DNA of 64,000 nucleotides from Mustelus asterias (lineage: Eukaryota): the NCBI RefSeq assembly GCF_964213995.1, contig NC_135812.1:19468001-19532000 (forward strand), read 5' to 3'. Positions 1-12,578 of this stretch are shown one piece after another; position 1 is the first letter of the stretch, and every line of letters begins with the position of its first letter. The notes under the pieces are model-generated. The model did no database searches. It saw only the letters and a program-made list of their open reading frames with translations, and was not told where the DNA came from. A program made the translations under genes and the position numbers.

Positions 1-542
1 AGGATGTGCAAACGTCATACAGACAGTCACCTAAGGCCAGAATCAAGCCCATGTTCCTGGCGCTGTGAGGCAGCAGTGCTAACCACTGTGCCACCATGCC
101 ACCCTTTCTAAGAAACATATTGGACATTCCATAGAAAGCAATAGTACATGGCCTTCAAGGTGCCTCAACACTATACCATGGGTGTTTTTTTTCAATCTCT
201 CATTCGCTTTGCCAGCCTGAACAAATTTGCCAAACCAAAGAAATCTTGGACCATAAATATCTGTGGCCTAAATCATACCAAAATGAATAGATCATTTCAT
301 AACAGAGAGTAGGATTATCAAACAAACATTCAACAGCATTGGAGACAGTGCAGAGGAGATGTACTACCAATAAGGAGAGACTACAGCAATGAGGAAAGAA
401 GAGAGAAACGAGGATTCTTCCACTGAGCACATTGAAGAGGGTGGGGAGGTTTAAAATGAGCATGCAAAATTAGGAAGAGCTTTGACAGAGTAAATAAGGA
501 GAAACTATTACCACTAAAATGCGAGTCTTAACCTCAAACATA

Positions 543-1456
543 GCATAAGAACATAAGAACATTGGAACATAAGAAATAGGAGCAGGGGTAGGCCATCTAG
601 CCCCTCGAGCCTGCCCCACCATTCAATAAGATCATGGCTGATCTGAAGTGGATCAGTTCCACTTACCCGCCTGATCCCTATAACCCCTAATTCCCTTACC
701 GATCAGGAATCCATCTATCCGTGATTTAAACATATTCAACGAGGTAGCCTCCACCACTTCAGTGGGCAGAGAATTCCAGAGATTCACCACCCTCTGAGAG
801 AAGAAGTTCCTCCTCAACTCTGTCCTAAACTGACCCCCCTTTATTTTGAGGCTGTGCCCTCTAGTTCTAGCTTCCTTTCTAAGTGGAAAGAATCTCTCCA
901 CCTCTACCCTATCCAGCCCCTTCATTATCTTATAGGTCTCTATAAGATCCCCCCTCAGCCTTCTAAATTCCAACGAGTACAAACCCAATCTGCTCAGTCT
1001 CTCCTCATAATCAACACGCCTCATCTCTGGTATCAACCTGGTGAACCTTCTCTGCACTCCCTCCAAGGCCAATATATCCTTCCGCAAATAAGGGGACCAA
1101 TACTGCACACAGTATTCCAGCTGCGGCCTCACCAATGCCCTGTACAGATGCAGCAAGACATCTCTGCTTTTATATTCTATCCCCCTTGCGATATAGGCCA
1201 ACATCCCATTTGCCTTCTTGATCACCTGTTGCACCTGCAGACTGGGTTTTTGCGTCTCATGCACAAGGACCCCCAGGTCCCTTTGCACAGCAGCATGTTG
1301 TAATTTCTTTCCATTTAGATAATAATCCAATTTGCTATTATTTCTTCCAAAGTGAATAACCTCGCATTTGTTAACGTTATACTCCAACTGCCAGATCCTC
1401 GCCCACTCACTCAGCCTGTCCAAATCTCTCTGCAGACCTTCTACGCCCTCCACACG
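543..1456 (-). mobile_element. Young 5'-truncated CR1 LINE (C-terminal part of ORF2 RT, 3'UTR, (TATGTTCT)n-type tail)
   Basis: Uninterrupted ORF 653-1456 with CR1 signatures LQRDLDRLSEWARIWQ, RDLGVLV, LYRALVRPQLEYCVQYWSP, FFSQRVVNLWNSLP. Tandem tail at 543-573. Confidence 0.95.
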
Positions 1457-1847
1457 AGGGCGTAGAGAAAATAGCGTTGAGAAAATTATCAAAATAACTG
1501 CAGGGAAATGAGTTTTTGTTAAATGCTATGGTCTGCAATGCACTATCTGAAAGAGCGGTGGAAGCAAAATGCCAGTAACTTCCAAAAGGCAATTGAAAAT
1601 ACGTTTGGAAGGAAAGAAATACAGGACTGTGGGAAAAGACCAAAGGAATGGAACTAATTGGATAGCTCATGAGCCAGCATAGCGCCCAGGTCCAAATGTA
1701 TTTCTTCTCTTCTCTAAGATTTTATGAATCCATTTAGGTTGAGCTGCCATTAACTTCTTGTACATGGCCCAGTCACACCATTTGCTTCTCCTTCCTATTA
1801 TAGAATGAATAGCATACATTTTTATTCCCAGTTGAATTCAAGAACAT

Positions 1848-1976
1848 AGGGGTGAATTTTCCTGTTCCACCCACCATGGCAATCGTAGCAGGCGAGGGGC
1901 GGACCATGGAAAGGTCCATTGACCTCGGGTGGGATTTCCCGGTTTCGGGGTGAGAGCGGCCGGAAAATCCCGCCCA
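1848..1976. mobile_element. Short MITE with GGGCGGGATTTT-type TIRs (Harbinger-like, non-autonomous)
   Basis: Ends read GGGGTGAATTTT...AAAATCCCGCCC. Related copies at about 25878-26009, 31308-31434, 31966-32080, 34710-34843, 46263-46385, 58666-58927 and 59100-59285. Confidence 0.6.
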
Positions 1977-2799
1977 AAATGCTTCAACCAAAGTTTGCAT
2001 TCTGTGCTTCCTGTAATGTGATGAGAAATTTACTGCGAACCTCTCTACCGGCTTTCTGATGTTCTCCACCATTTCTGGGATTTTGGTTGGTGTACTTTAA
2101 TCACATGTAAGTGTTGGGAACATATAATCCATATATTTTCTGCCCGTACAATATTGCAGCAGAATATCCATAATGCTCCTGGCATCATGCCAATGACAAA
2201 GGAATTGGTGGCCATCTCTCTTTACCATCTTAAACCAGCAAAGCATCAATGCCAATGAGGGGGAATTAAAACAAAATTAAACTTTAACCTGCACAATTGA
2301 TTCTAGAATGAGCAATTTCATAAGCTAACGCATTATTTTAAAACAGAATTTAATTTCAGAGCAATTCGTTTTGTCACTCTGAGTTAATTGCTGAGGTGCT
2401 TCAAAGGTTCTAGACTGTTGCTTGGGTCTATTGAGATGTTCCAAATTGGAAGAGCAGGCACCATCACACTGTGACCTACCATAGATATTTGCCTCCCACT
2501 TAGGATATGCAATATAGTTCAAGCTCTCGATAGGCCCCGGGGCCATGAAGTACTGCCATGACCAAAATTTTCTACTTCCCTCAAAAACTCTGGCCAAAAT
2601 CTATCGGATGATGAAAGCTAATTTCTACTCATGGTCTTACGATTCCATAACTTATGATTAGCTCAAAATATCCTTAACTTCAACTGTCAGTACCCGAGCT
2701 GTTACTTTTTCTAGTGGTTTGAGAAAATATTCTCTTGATATTCTGCCTAGCAATTTCATTCAAGTCTTGAAAAACCTTTGGGTTATATTTTAAACAAAG

Positions 2800-3205
2800 A
2801 ACAAACAAAGAACGAAGAAAAGTACAGCACAGGAACAAGACCTTTGGCCCTCCAAGCCTATGCCGATCATGATGCCCTAACTAAACTAAAAAAAACCTTC
2901 TGCCCTTACTCGGTCCCTATGCCTCTATTCCCTTCCTATTCATGTAGCCATCCAGATGCTTCTTAAATGTTGCTAATGTGCCTGCTTCCACCACCTCCTC
3001 TGACAGCACATTCCAGGCACCCACCACTCTCTGCGCGAAAAGCTTCCCCCGCACATCATCCTTAAACTTTCCCCCTCTAACTTTGAAACCTGTGCCCCCT
3101 TGTAATTGACACTTCCACTCTGGGAAAAAGCCTCTGACTATTCATCCTGACTATGCCTCTCATAATTTTGGAGATCTCTATCAGGTCTCCCCTCAGCCTC
3201 CACCT
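2800..3205 (-). mobile_element. CR1 LINE 3' fragment
   Basis: RRLRGDLIE..KIMRG..LFPRV..TRGHRF, followed by a CR1-type 3'UTR. Confidence 0.85.
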
Positions 3206-3937
3206 TTCTCCTCTTCCCCTCCCAGCCCTCTTTGCAATAAGAGCACATTTTACTTGTCTTTCACAGCTAAGACCAGGCCTCATTCTTGTAGGCTATTTTT
3301 GTACCTTGCCAATCTCAGTTTTTAATATTAGTCACCAAAAGTGTCTTCCAGTCTGATCCTGCTATTATGTACATGATGTCAATATTATTTCATTAAAATT
3401 TCAATCTATTGATCCACTGATTTATCATGATATTGGAATTATGTTGACAACTGCTGTCTTCTAATGCAATAGCACTAACTGTAACAACATTTAGTCAACT
3501 CCAAATCTTTCCTTGCTGCATGCTATTTGATCATAGAATCCCTACAGTGCAAAAGGAGGCCATTCAGCCCATCGAGCCTACACCAACAACAATCCCACCC
3601 GGGCCCTATCCCCATAACTCCACATATTTACCCTGCTAGTCCCACTAACACTCAGGGGCAATTTAGCATGGCCAATCGAGCTAACCCGCACATCTTTGGA
3701 GTGTGGGAGGAAACCGGAGCACCCGGAGGAAACCCACGCAGACATGGGGAGAACATGCAAACTCCGTGGCATACTTTAATGACATACTTCATTTTGTCAT
3801 TAAATTCACTGCTAACTAATACTGTGACTGGGTGAAAACTGGAAACTTTTTGATTTCTTCATTGGTGGTATCTCTTTCCCCAGTAAGTTCCTTTTAACAA
3901 TCTTGTTTTTTTCAGCTAAGATCAGTAGGTTACTCAC

Positions 3938-4216
3938 ATCTGATGTCCAAGTGCACAGTTGTATTAATGTTATCATTTTTATTTAAACGGCAACTGAAGG
4001 TAGCATCATCGTCATTTTCTGTAATTGGATCAACACAGACAGTGCTAATATTAACCCGATTCATAGCCTTCAAGTTAATTACTCTGTCTCCACGAAGCCA
4101 GACTAACTCTTCATCCCAGGTGTTGTTGACTGCTGTGCATGTTAACGAAAGAGAATCTGAGAGATTCTTGATGATTCTGTAGTTAGTTGTGATACCATTG
4201 ATAGCAAGACTTACAC
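3938..4216 (-). CDS. TMIGD1: TMIGD1-like, first Ig-domain exon (279 nt, phase 1/1). Downstream exons not found; probably left of the window
   Basis: Acceptor ttcctcatccAG, donor GTGAGT. Translation VSLAINGITTNYRIIKNLSDSLSLTCTAVNNTWDEELVWLRGDRVINLKAMNRVNISTVCVDPITENDDDATFSCRLNKNDNINTTVHLDIR matches TMIGD1 Ig1 (C..N.T..EEL.W.R; N.S.VCV..I.E.D....F.C.L). Confidence 0.85.
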
Positions 4217-4317
4217 CTGGATGAGGAAGAATAGCATTACTTTGCATGCATCTAACAAGAGGATTCAACTTAGGAAATAATAAGCACAATATTTGCATTG
4301 TAAAATCCAAACTGTTT

Positions 4318-4657
4318 TTTTATTCATTTGTGGGACATGGGCGTCGCTGGCTGCCCAGCATTTATTGCCCATCCCTAGTTGCCCGAGGGCAGTTGAGAAT
4401 CAACCACATTGCAATGGCTCGGGAGTCATATGTAGGCCAGACCAGGTAAGGATGGCAGATTTCCTTCCCTAATAGTAATTAGTGAACCAGATGAGTTTTT
4501 TCTGACAGTCATCAATAGATTATTAACTCCAAATATTTTTTAATTGAATTCAAATTCAACAATTGTGTGGTGAGATTTGAACCCTGGTCACCAGAACATT
4601 AGCTGAGTTTCTGGATTAATAGTCTCGTGATAATACCACTAGGCCATCGCCTTCCCT
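4318..4657 (-). mobile_element. Deu-type tRNA-derived SINE (SacSINE1-like)
   Basis: Reverse complement of the element at 7415-7799. Confidence 0.75.
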
Positions 4658-4814
4658 CCAGAGGTGAATAAAGTGATTACAGAATAAGATTTCTATCACA
4701 TGAAAATGCTATGAAAATCTACATTTTTACGACAGGACAAAAGAATGTTGTTACTTTGAAAGCTCAAATCAAACAGCCTATCTTAAAAAGGAAAAGCATC
4801 TACCCGGTTGTTTT

Positions 4815-5705
4815 TATTTATTCTTTTACAGATTGTGGATGTTGCTAGGCCAGCATTTATTGCCTATCCCTAATTTCCTTTCGAGAGCATGGTGGTGAGC
4901 TGCCTTCTTGAACCATTGCAGTCCTGCTGTTGTAGGTGCACCCACAGTGCTGTTAGGAAGGGAGTTCCAGGATTTTGACCTAGTGACAGTAAAGGAACAG
5001 GGATATAGTTCCAAATCAGAATGGCGTGTGGCTTGAAGGGGAATTTGCAGGTGGTGATGTTTCCATGCATTTGCTGCCCTTGTCTTACTAGGTGGCTGAA
5101 GCTGTGGGTTTGGAAAGTGTTGTTAAAGAAGCCTTAGGGAGTTATTGCAGTGCATTTTGTAGATGGTACACACTGCTGCCACTGTGAATTGATGGTGGAG
5201 GGAGTGAATGCTTAATGTGGCGGATGGGGGGTGTCAAGTGGCTTGGATGGCATTGAACTTTTTGAGTGTTGTTGGAGCTGCACTCATCTAGGCAGGTGGA
5301 GAGTATCCCATAGCACTCCTGACTTGTGCCTTTTAGATAGTGAACAAGCTTTGGTGAGTCAGGAGGTGTGTTATTATGCCCAGCCTCAGACCTGCTCTTG
5401 TAGTTACAGTATTTAGAGGTGGTCTGGTAACACTCAGGCTATCAGAAGTGGGACAATTCACCAATTATATTGCATTGAATGTCAAGGAAAGGGTGTTACA
5501 TTCTCCCTTGGTGGAGATCACTGACTGGCACTTGTGTGGCACAAATGTCACTTGCCACTCATCAGCCCAAGACTAAATGTTGTCCAAGTCTGGTAGCATA
5601 TGGCAACAGACTGCTTCAGTATCTGAGTAATTGTGAATGATACTGAACATTGTGCAATTGTCAGTGAACATTCCATTTCTGACTTTATGATGGAGGGAAG
5701 GCTAG
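4815..5705 (-). mobile_element. Degenerate CR1/L2-group LINE 3' portion; shares its tail with the Deu-type SINE
   Basis: SKSWNSLPNSTVG..GLQWFKKAAHHH and a GGCAATAAATGCTGGCC tail. Related pieces at 11742-11925, 20493-20790 and 22200-22920. Confidence 0.75.
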
Positions 5706-6804
5706 TTCTAGAGCAGAAGTCTAATGATGTATCTATAAATCTTACGGTATAATGTTTAATCTGCTCATCAATTTCCTTTAGATGTGAGACTGAAGTGAAG
5801 AGTTTGTGGCTCCACTAACTTAATGCTTTTTATCGAATAGCTCACAGACAGCAGGTGAACAAGACATGTAGTTGGTTTTGGACAGCACAGGGAGGTTTTT
5901 GAATTACTTCTCCACTTAATTATCGAAAAAATATACCTAATGCGGCACAGCTATTTTGAATGATGCAAACAAAAAAAATCAGGAAGAAGGAAATGAGATT
6001 TTTTAAAAACTAATTTAAAATGTCAATAAACTGGAATGGAGTATGACTACCAAGTTTCAGAATTTGTCTACAAATTGCATTGCGAAAACCAGTCAAATTC
6101 AGTTTTTGAAACATCAGTACAAGTATAGGCCATTCAACCCCTCAAGCCTGTTCTATCGTTCAGGTAGATCATGACTAATCGGTAACTCAACTCCATTTAG
6201 CTACTGTTTATCGATATCCATCAGTTCCATTATGTAATAAAATCAGTCTTAATCATTTCATTTGCTCACGGCATTCACAGTCTTTCGGAGGAAGGAATTC
6301 TAGATTCCTGTTAACAATTGAGTGAATATAGGTTTGCTGATTTCATTCTTGAATGGTTAGGTCTAATCCTTCATTGAAAAGTTCTGCATCCAGATCTTAA
6401 GTTTGACAAATGTGATGCCTGTCAATTTATTTCCACAAAGCATCGTTTCATAGAACATAGAAACATAGAAAAAATACAGCACAAACAGGCCCTTCGGCCC
6501 ACAAGTTGCGCCAGTCATGTCCCTACCTACCTAGGCTTATATATAGGCTTACCTATAACCCTCAATCCTATTAAGTCCCATGTACTCATCCAGAAGTCTC
6601 TTAAACGACCCTATCGAGTTTGCCTCCACCACCACTGATGGCAGCCGATTCATGAGGGGCACAGATTGATATTATACATCAGAAAACCATGGAACATTAA
6701 TACTCAGTCATTAATTTGCTTGACTGTTTAATTCGAGGGCAATAAAGCAGCTCACAAAGTTGGAGAAATTTCTTTACTCAAAGTCCGATAATTGTTTAGA
6801 ATAA

Positions 6805-7139
6805 TCATAGAAATCATGGAAACCCTACAGCACAGAAAGAGGCCATTCGGCCCGTCGAGTCTGCACCGACCACAATCCCACCCAGGCCCTCCTCCCATAT
6901 CCCTACATATTTACCCACTAATCCCATCTCAGGACACTAAGGGCAATTTTAGCATGGCCAATCAACCTAACCCGCACAGCTTTGGACTGTGGGAGGAAAC
7001 CGGAGCACCCAGAGGAAACCCATGCAGACACGAGGAGAATGTGCAAACTCCACACAGACAGTGACCCAAGCCGGGAATCAAACCCAGGTCCCTGGAGCTG
7101 TGAAGCAGCAGTGCTAACCACTGTGCTACCGTGCCGCCC
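6805..7139 (-). mobile_element. HE1-like V-SINE with CR1-derived tail
   Basis: tRNA-like head GGGCGGCACGGTAGCACAGTGGTTAGCAC, V-domain GGGTTTCCTCTGGGTGCTCCGGTTTCCTCCCACAGTCC. Similar copies at about 1-105, 3529-3765, 7943-8226, 10216-10510, 17150-17476, 17642-17967, 21447-21744, 38912-39080 and 51869-52192. Confidence 0.9.
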
Positions 7140-7414
7140 AGTAGTTTAGTACAAGTTATAAGGTAAGGGAATGGAATCAAAAGCATTTGGGCATTCAAAA
7201 TGAGGCTGGAGTCTGGCAGAGTAAGGGTGCTGGAAAGAAGATCTCCATGGAGTGAACTGACGGTTCCATCCTTGGATTTTTCATATATTCTTAGAAATGA
7301 TTTGTTCTAGTCATTGTAAAAGCCATGGTTTTCCAGGTGTTTCTTCAACATTCTGTTTATATCATAAAAATATCAATGCTTTTGGGCACAAGTATGTTTG
7401 TGTTGCGAGTCACA

Positions 7415-7799
7415 GGGGAGGTGATGGCCTAGTGATATTATCGTTTGTCTATTAATCCACAAAATCAGCTAATGTTCTGGGGACCAGGGTTCGAATCCTG
7501 CCACGGCAGCTGGTGGAATTTGAATTCAATAAAAAAATCTGGAATTAAAAATCTACTGATGACCATGAAACCATTGTCAATTGTCAAAAAAACCCAACTG
7601 GTTCACTAATGTCCTTTAGGGAAGGAAATTTGCTGTCCTTACCTGGTCTGGCCTACATGTGACTCCAGAGCCACAGCAATGTGACTATCAACTGCCCTCT
7701 GAAATGGCCTAGCAAGCCACTCAGTTCAAGGGCAACTAGGGATGGGCAATAAATGCTGATCAGCCAGCGATGCCCAAGTCCCACGGATGAATAAAAAAA
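7415..7799 (+). mobile_element. Deu-type tRNA-derived SINE (SacSINE1-like), near full length
   Basis: Head GGGGAGGTGATGGCCTAGT, B-box GGTTCGAATCC, central CTGGTTCACTAATGTCCTTTAGGGAAGGAAA, LINE-derived tail. Copies at 32348-32600, 57615-58010 and 63305-63380. Confidence 0.8.
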
Positions 7800-8648
7800 G
7801 AGTCTGTTAGCCAGAGATGTTTCTTAGCGATTAGCAACCTGATCAGAAATCATGCTCTTGCTGTCAGGTAGCATTGTTACATATAGATACAATATATAAC
7901 ATATAAGCAACTAACAATATCACTGTTCTTAATTGACTTTGCATAGAATCCCTACAGTGCAGAAGGAGGCTATTCGGCCCATCGAGTCTGCACCAATAAC
8001 AATCCCACCCAGGCCCTATCCCATAACCCCACGTATTTACCTCACTAATCCCTCTAAACTACACATCCTGGGACACTAAGGGGCAATTTAGCATGGCCAA
8101 TCAACCTAACCTGCACATCTTTGGACGGTGGGAGGAATCTAAGGCACCCTGGGAGAATGTGCAAGCTCTATATAGACAGTGACCCAAGCCGGGAATTGAA
8201 CCCTGGTGCTAACCACCGTGCTGCCCTTTAAGAAAAAGCTTGGAGGAGAGGGATTGGTACAAATTCACATTTTCAAAAAACATCTTAAGTTAGCTCTTGA
8301 TAAGTCATTGCATTACTGAAAGTATGTATTTATCAAGTGTAGACTCTTGAAAGCTGACTTTGTTGACTTTTTACAACCTAAATAGAGTTGGTGCACTCTT
8401 AACATATTTTCAAAGCAAAATTATTGCAATGAATTCTACTGAATGTGATATGACTATGGTACATTCATAGCTAATATTGAGTTTAACACTGACTATATTG
8501 AACAGTGATAGCAGTGATCCAAAATGTGATAAGCACCAAATGAACATACACTGAAATAAATAAAACATTTCACATGGTTGAATGAGGTTAGAGTATTTCC
8601 ATAATGTGTTCTGGTCAATGAAAACAAATTAATATATAACATACATAC

Positions 8649-8727
8649 CTGTGTATGCAGGAACAAAATGCAATGCCACAATAAAACTTAGCCCAAAAAT
8701 TAGATTCTCAAGGATCCATGGAGCCAT
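8649..8727 (-). CDS. TMIGD1: TMIGD1-like, signal-peptide exon (ATG at 8727)
   Basis: MAPWILENLIFGLSFIVALHFVPAYT plus 1 nt, donor GTATGT. Hydrophobic core and A-Y-T cleavage region; phase 1 matches the Ig exon. Confidence 0.75.
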
Positions 8728-11700
8728 ATTTCAGGGATAAATAAAAAATTAGTAAAATTCCAAAGAGCTTTTGTATTCCTGGTGGAATTCTGAAGAAAAA
8801 CAAGGTTCCCGAAAAAAAGGTGAATCTCTGACGAATTACTTTAGTTGTCGAACTGACATTTTTTGCTGGCTTGCCTCAGCATACGTGCTGACCGAGAAAT
8901 GTCTCAACAAAACTGTACGCTATGTCATGAGAAATAGCCTTAAACAGCTAGATCTGATGCTTTCATCTTCAAAGTTAATATCTAATCCTTTAACATAAAT
9001 GTATCTTGATTGATTTTTATGGTACCAGTAAAGTAGATTTGAATTGCACAGTTTACATCTCCCCATTTTTGTTTTATAGTTTTTATAAGTGAGAGTCAGT
9101 AAAGATTAACAACTGAGCAAGGTCATGAAATTTACCCATAATCCGAATAACCAAGGTGTTCAGTATTACTGCAAGGACACAGTTACATTTATTTTGATGA
9201 GGTCAAATTGTCACTGAAAGAGATAACAATGACCAATCAATGAAATGTTGAAACTTTTATTTGTCTCAATATCTTCTGTTGTCTCCTTCCAACAAAATAA
9301 CTTGAAACTTGTGCAGTCCTTTGGCTGACAGCAATTAACTGTGATGCATGTGGTTACCTTTGTAATTATGAGAAGTCAATTTAAGAAATGAATAAAATCT
9401 TGTGGACCCAGTTTACAGACAGAAATTGGACTCCTTATACATGATAACTAAAAAGAGTAGAGTCTCAGAACAAAAATTATAGATGTTTCAATCATATATT
9501 AAAGAATGTGGAATTAAATTGACTTTCATCAGATTGGTATGTACGAAGTTGATTAAAAGTCTTGAAGTGAGTATTATAAAAAGCTTGGGTTGAGGAACAG
9601 CTAATTTGCTCTTTGAGCCCACTTCTCTTGAAGGACAATTCCTAATTATTTAATCTAAAGAGGGACATAAATAACTACAAGTAAAGACCTCTAGAATTAA
9701 AAAAATCTACTATTAAAAAAAGGAACATACTTATACATTCCCACGTAAACAACTTAAAGTACAACTTGCATGAAACTGAAAAGGCTGTAGGTCCGAGACA
9801 TTAAATGGTGTTTAATTTCCTGATGGGGGTGTGTAGACAAATCTCTTAACTCCCTAAATTCAACTCAGCCATCTTTTCACAAGCACTTTTCTCTAAATTA
9901 TTGAACTGAAATAATAAGAATGTGAAATAGCACAAAATTTGATTTCAAAGAAGGAGCCGTCCAAACTGGTAACAGGTAAAGTGTTCTCTGGTAGTGTACT
10001 GGTTAACATTAATTAAGAGGACATTACACAGGGGATCTGCTGGAAGCACCCCATATACCGCAATTTTACCAAGGAGCAATGCGTGATGCATCCGTGTACC
10101 ACCAGTGAGCTTATTATGGAGTTGCAGCCATACTTGAGCCCTATACCAGAGTATGGAAAGACTGCTGGTAGTTGTCAAGATCATTGGTCCTTAACTACAT
10201 TGCAAGGTCACTCTTCATAGAATCATAGAATCCCTACAGTGCAGAAGGAGACAATTCGGCCCATCAAGCCCGCACACCGCCAATAATCCTATCCAGGCCC
10301 TATCCCATAACTCCACATATTTACCCTGTTAGTCCCCCTGACACTAAGAGCAATTTAGCATAGCCAAGCCACCTAACCCGCACATCTTTGGAGCGTGGGA
10401 GGAAATCCACACAGACACGGGGAGAACGCGCAAACTCTACACGGACAGTCATCCAAGGCCGGAATCGAACCTGGGTCCCTAGCGCTGTGACCACTTTGCC
10501 ACCGTGCCACTACAAAGAAGCAACAAAAGATATTGGCGGGATTTCCCCCCTCCCTCGGCATATTTTGCAGAGGCGGCCTGCCATTGGCCAGAAGCGGGAT
10601 CTTCCAGTCCCGCCACTGCCAATGGGGTTTCCCATTGCTTGCACTCTCCGCCACTGGGGAACCTATGGCAGGATCTTGGCTAACATCAGTGGAAGTTTGC
10701 CATTCACCACAATATACCAGGGGGAACATATACACCACACTACCTACTGACAGAGGGAGTTTGTTGGATATGTTGAGCATAAATGTCTGATTTCAAGAAG
10801 AAATTAGGTATAGCTCCAGAGGCTAAAGGGATCAAGGGATATGGGGGGAAGGGGGAAATCAGGATATTGAATTTGATGATCAGCCATGATCAAAATGAAT
10901 GGCAGAGCAGACTCAAAGGGCCAAATGGCCTACTTCTGCTTCTAGTTTCTATGACAAAGTGAAACAGGACAAAAGTGCACTATGTTTCACCTACTCTGCA
11001 AGTTTCCCCAGAATCCAAGGTGTCATAGATTACATTCATTTTGCCTTGAGTAATCCCCCCCCATCATCGATCAGTCTGATATCTTTGTGTATAGAAAGGG
11101 ATAGTACTTTCTGAGGGTGCAGCTCATTTGAAACCAGATAGGTTTTTGCTTGACTTAATTAACCATTGATTAGATTTGAACCAATCAGCAATTTAGTCCA
11201 ATACTAAAGAGAAATTAAAGATCTTCCACCGTGAGAAAAGCTTTTCATCAACAAGCAGCAGTCAGTTCTCTATGATTCATGCTGAAGATGACTAAAAAGG
11301 CAGAGGGAGAATGGATGTGCCAAAGACAAAGCCATTAAGAAGTTGTCGTCCGCAACATTGTGGAGGCTAGTGTCTTTGATGCTTTTGTGTTGCCCAAGTT
11401 CTATGTGAAATTGCATTTCTGTGCCAGCTGGGCTATCCACAGCAAAGTGGTAAGAAATTGTTCACGAGAGGCAAGGAGGGACCGAACTCCACCTCCACGT
11501 TTCAGGCCAGGCGCTAACACCCCACGTAGACCTCCTCAGAAGCCTATGTAAACATTATTGAATCCAATAATTTGGTTTAAAATAATAACAATGTTGGACC
11601 TTTGAAAAAAAAAGCAAGGAACAGTCATTTGAAAATTAAGTTGTTCAATTGTTTCACAAAACCAAACTTGATAATTCACTAAATACCACAAATCTGATTT

Positions 11701-12136
11701 ATCAAATTCTCAGAATAATTTTCAAAATGTATAAGCTTCCTTCGCAGTCGCTGGGTCAAAATCCTGGAATTCCCTTCCCTCCCATTGTGGGTCAACCCAC
11801 AGCACGTGGACTGCAGTGATTCAAGAAGACAGCTCACCACCACCTTCTCAAGGACAAGAAGGGATGGGCAATAAATGCTGGCCAGCCAGCAACGTCCATG
11901 TCCCACGAATGAATGAAAAAAAAAGCTAATACTTTGTTTCCATTCATATTCACGTCATAAAGGCCAGAACAAATAATATAAGTGCCTGGTTGAGTCAATC
12001 ACAATTTTTGCTTTATTAATTTACATTGCCTTTGTGGCCCTTAGGAATTGTGACACTATAAATGGGCACTGAACGCAAGACTTTTAATTATTGAGGTCTT
12101 TGTAGTTTAATGTTGAATGTTTAATGGATATATTTG

Positions 12137-12578
12137 CATAAGACCATAAGATATTGGAGCAGAATTAGGCCACTCAACCCATCGAGTCTGCTCCACCATT
12201 CAATCATGGCTGATATTTTTCTCATCCCATTCTCCTGCCTTTTCCCCATAACCCCTGATCCCTTATCAATCAAGAACCTATCTATCTCTGTCTTAAAGAC
12301 ACTCAATGACTCATTGAGTGTCCACAGCCTTCTGCGGCAAAGAATTCCACAGATTCACTACTCGCTGGCTGAAGAAATTCCTCCTCATCTATGTTTTAAA
12401 GGAGCGTCCCTTTAGCCTGAAGTTGTGCCCTTTGGTTCTAGTTTTTCCTACTAGTGGGAACATCCTCTCCACGTCCACTCTATCCAGGCCCCGCAGTATC
12501 CTGTAAGTTTCAATAAGATCCCCCCTCATTCTTCTAAATTCCAATGAGTACAGACCCAGAGTCCTCAACCATTCCTTC
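12137..12578 (-). mobile_element. CR1 LINE 3' fragment
   Basis: Similar to 543-1000. Other CR1 fragments at about 13130-13570, 18460-18936, 20795-21240, 26130-26900, 27545-27790 and 32800-33125. Confidence 0.85.

Noticed and set aside
2325-2597. Candidate second Ig exon of the TMIGD1-like gene
   Set aside because: No Ig C...W...C pattern or convincing splice sites; the remaining exons probably lie left of the window.
6918-7198. Recurrent short ORFs (MVSTAASQ..GPGFDS.., GGTVAQWLALL..) and tRNA-like A/B boxes
   Set aside because: These are translations and Pol III heads of V-SINE copies, not genes or tRNAs.
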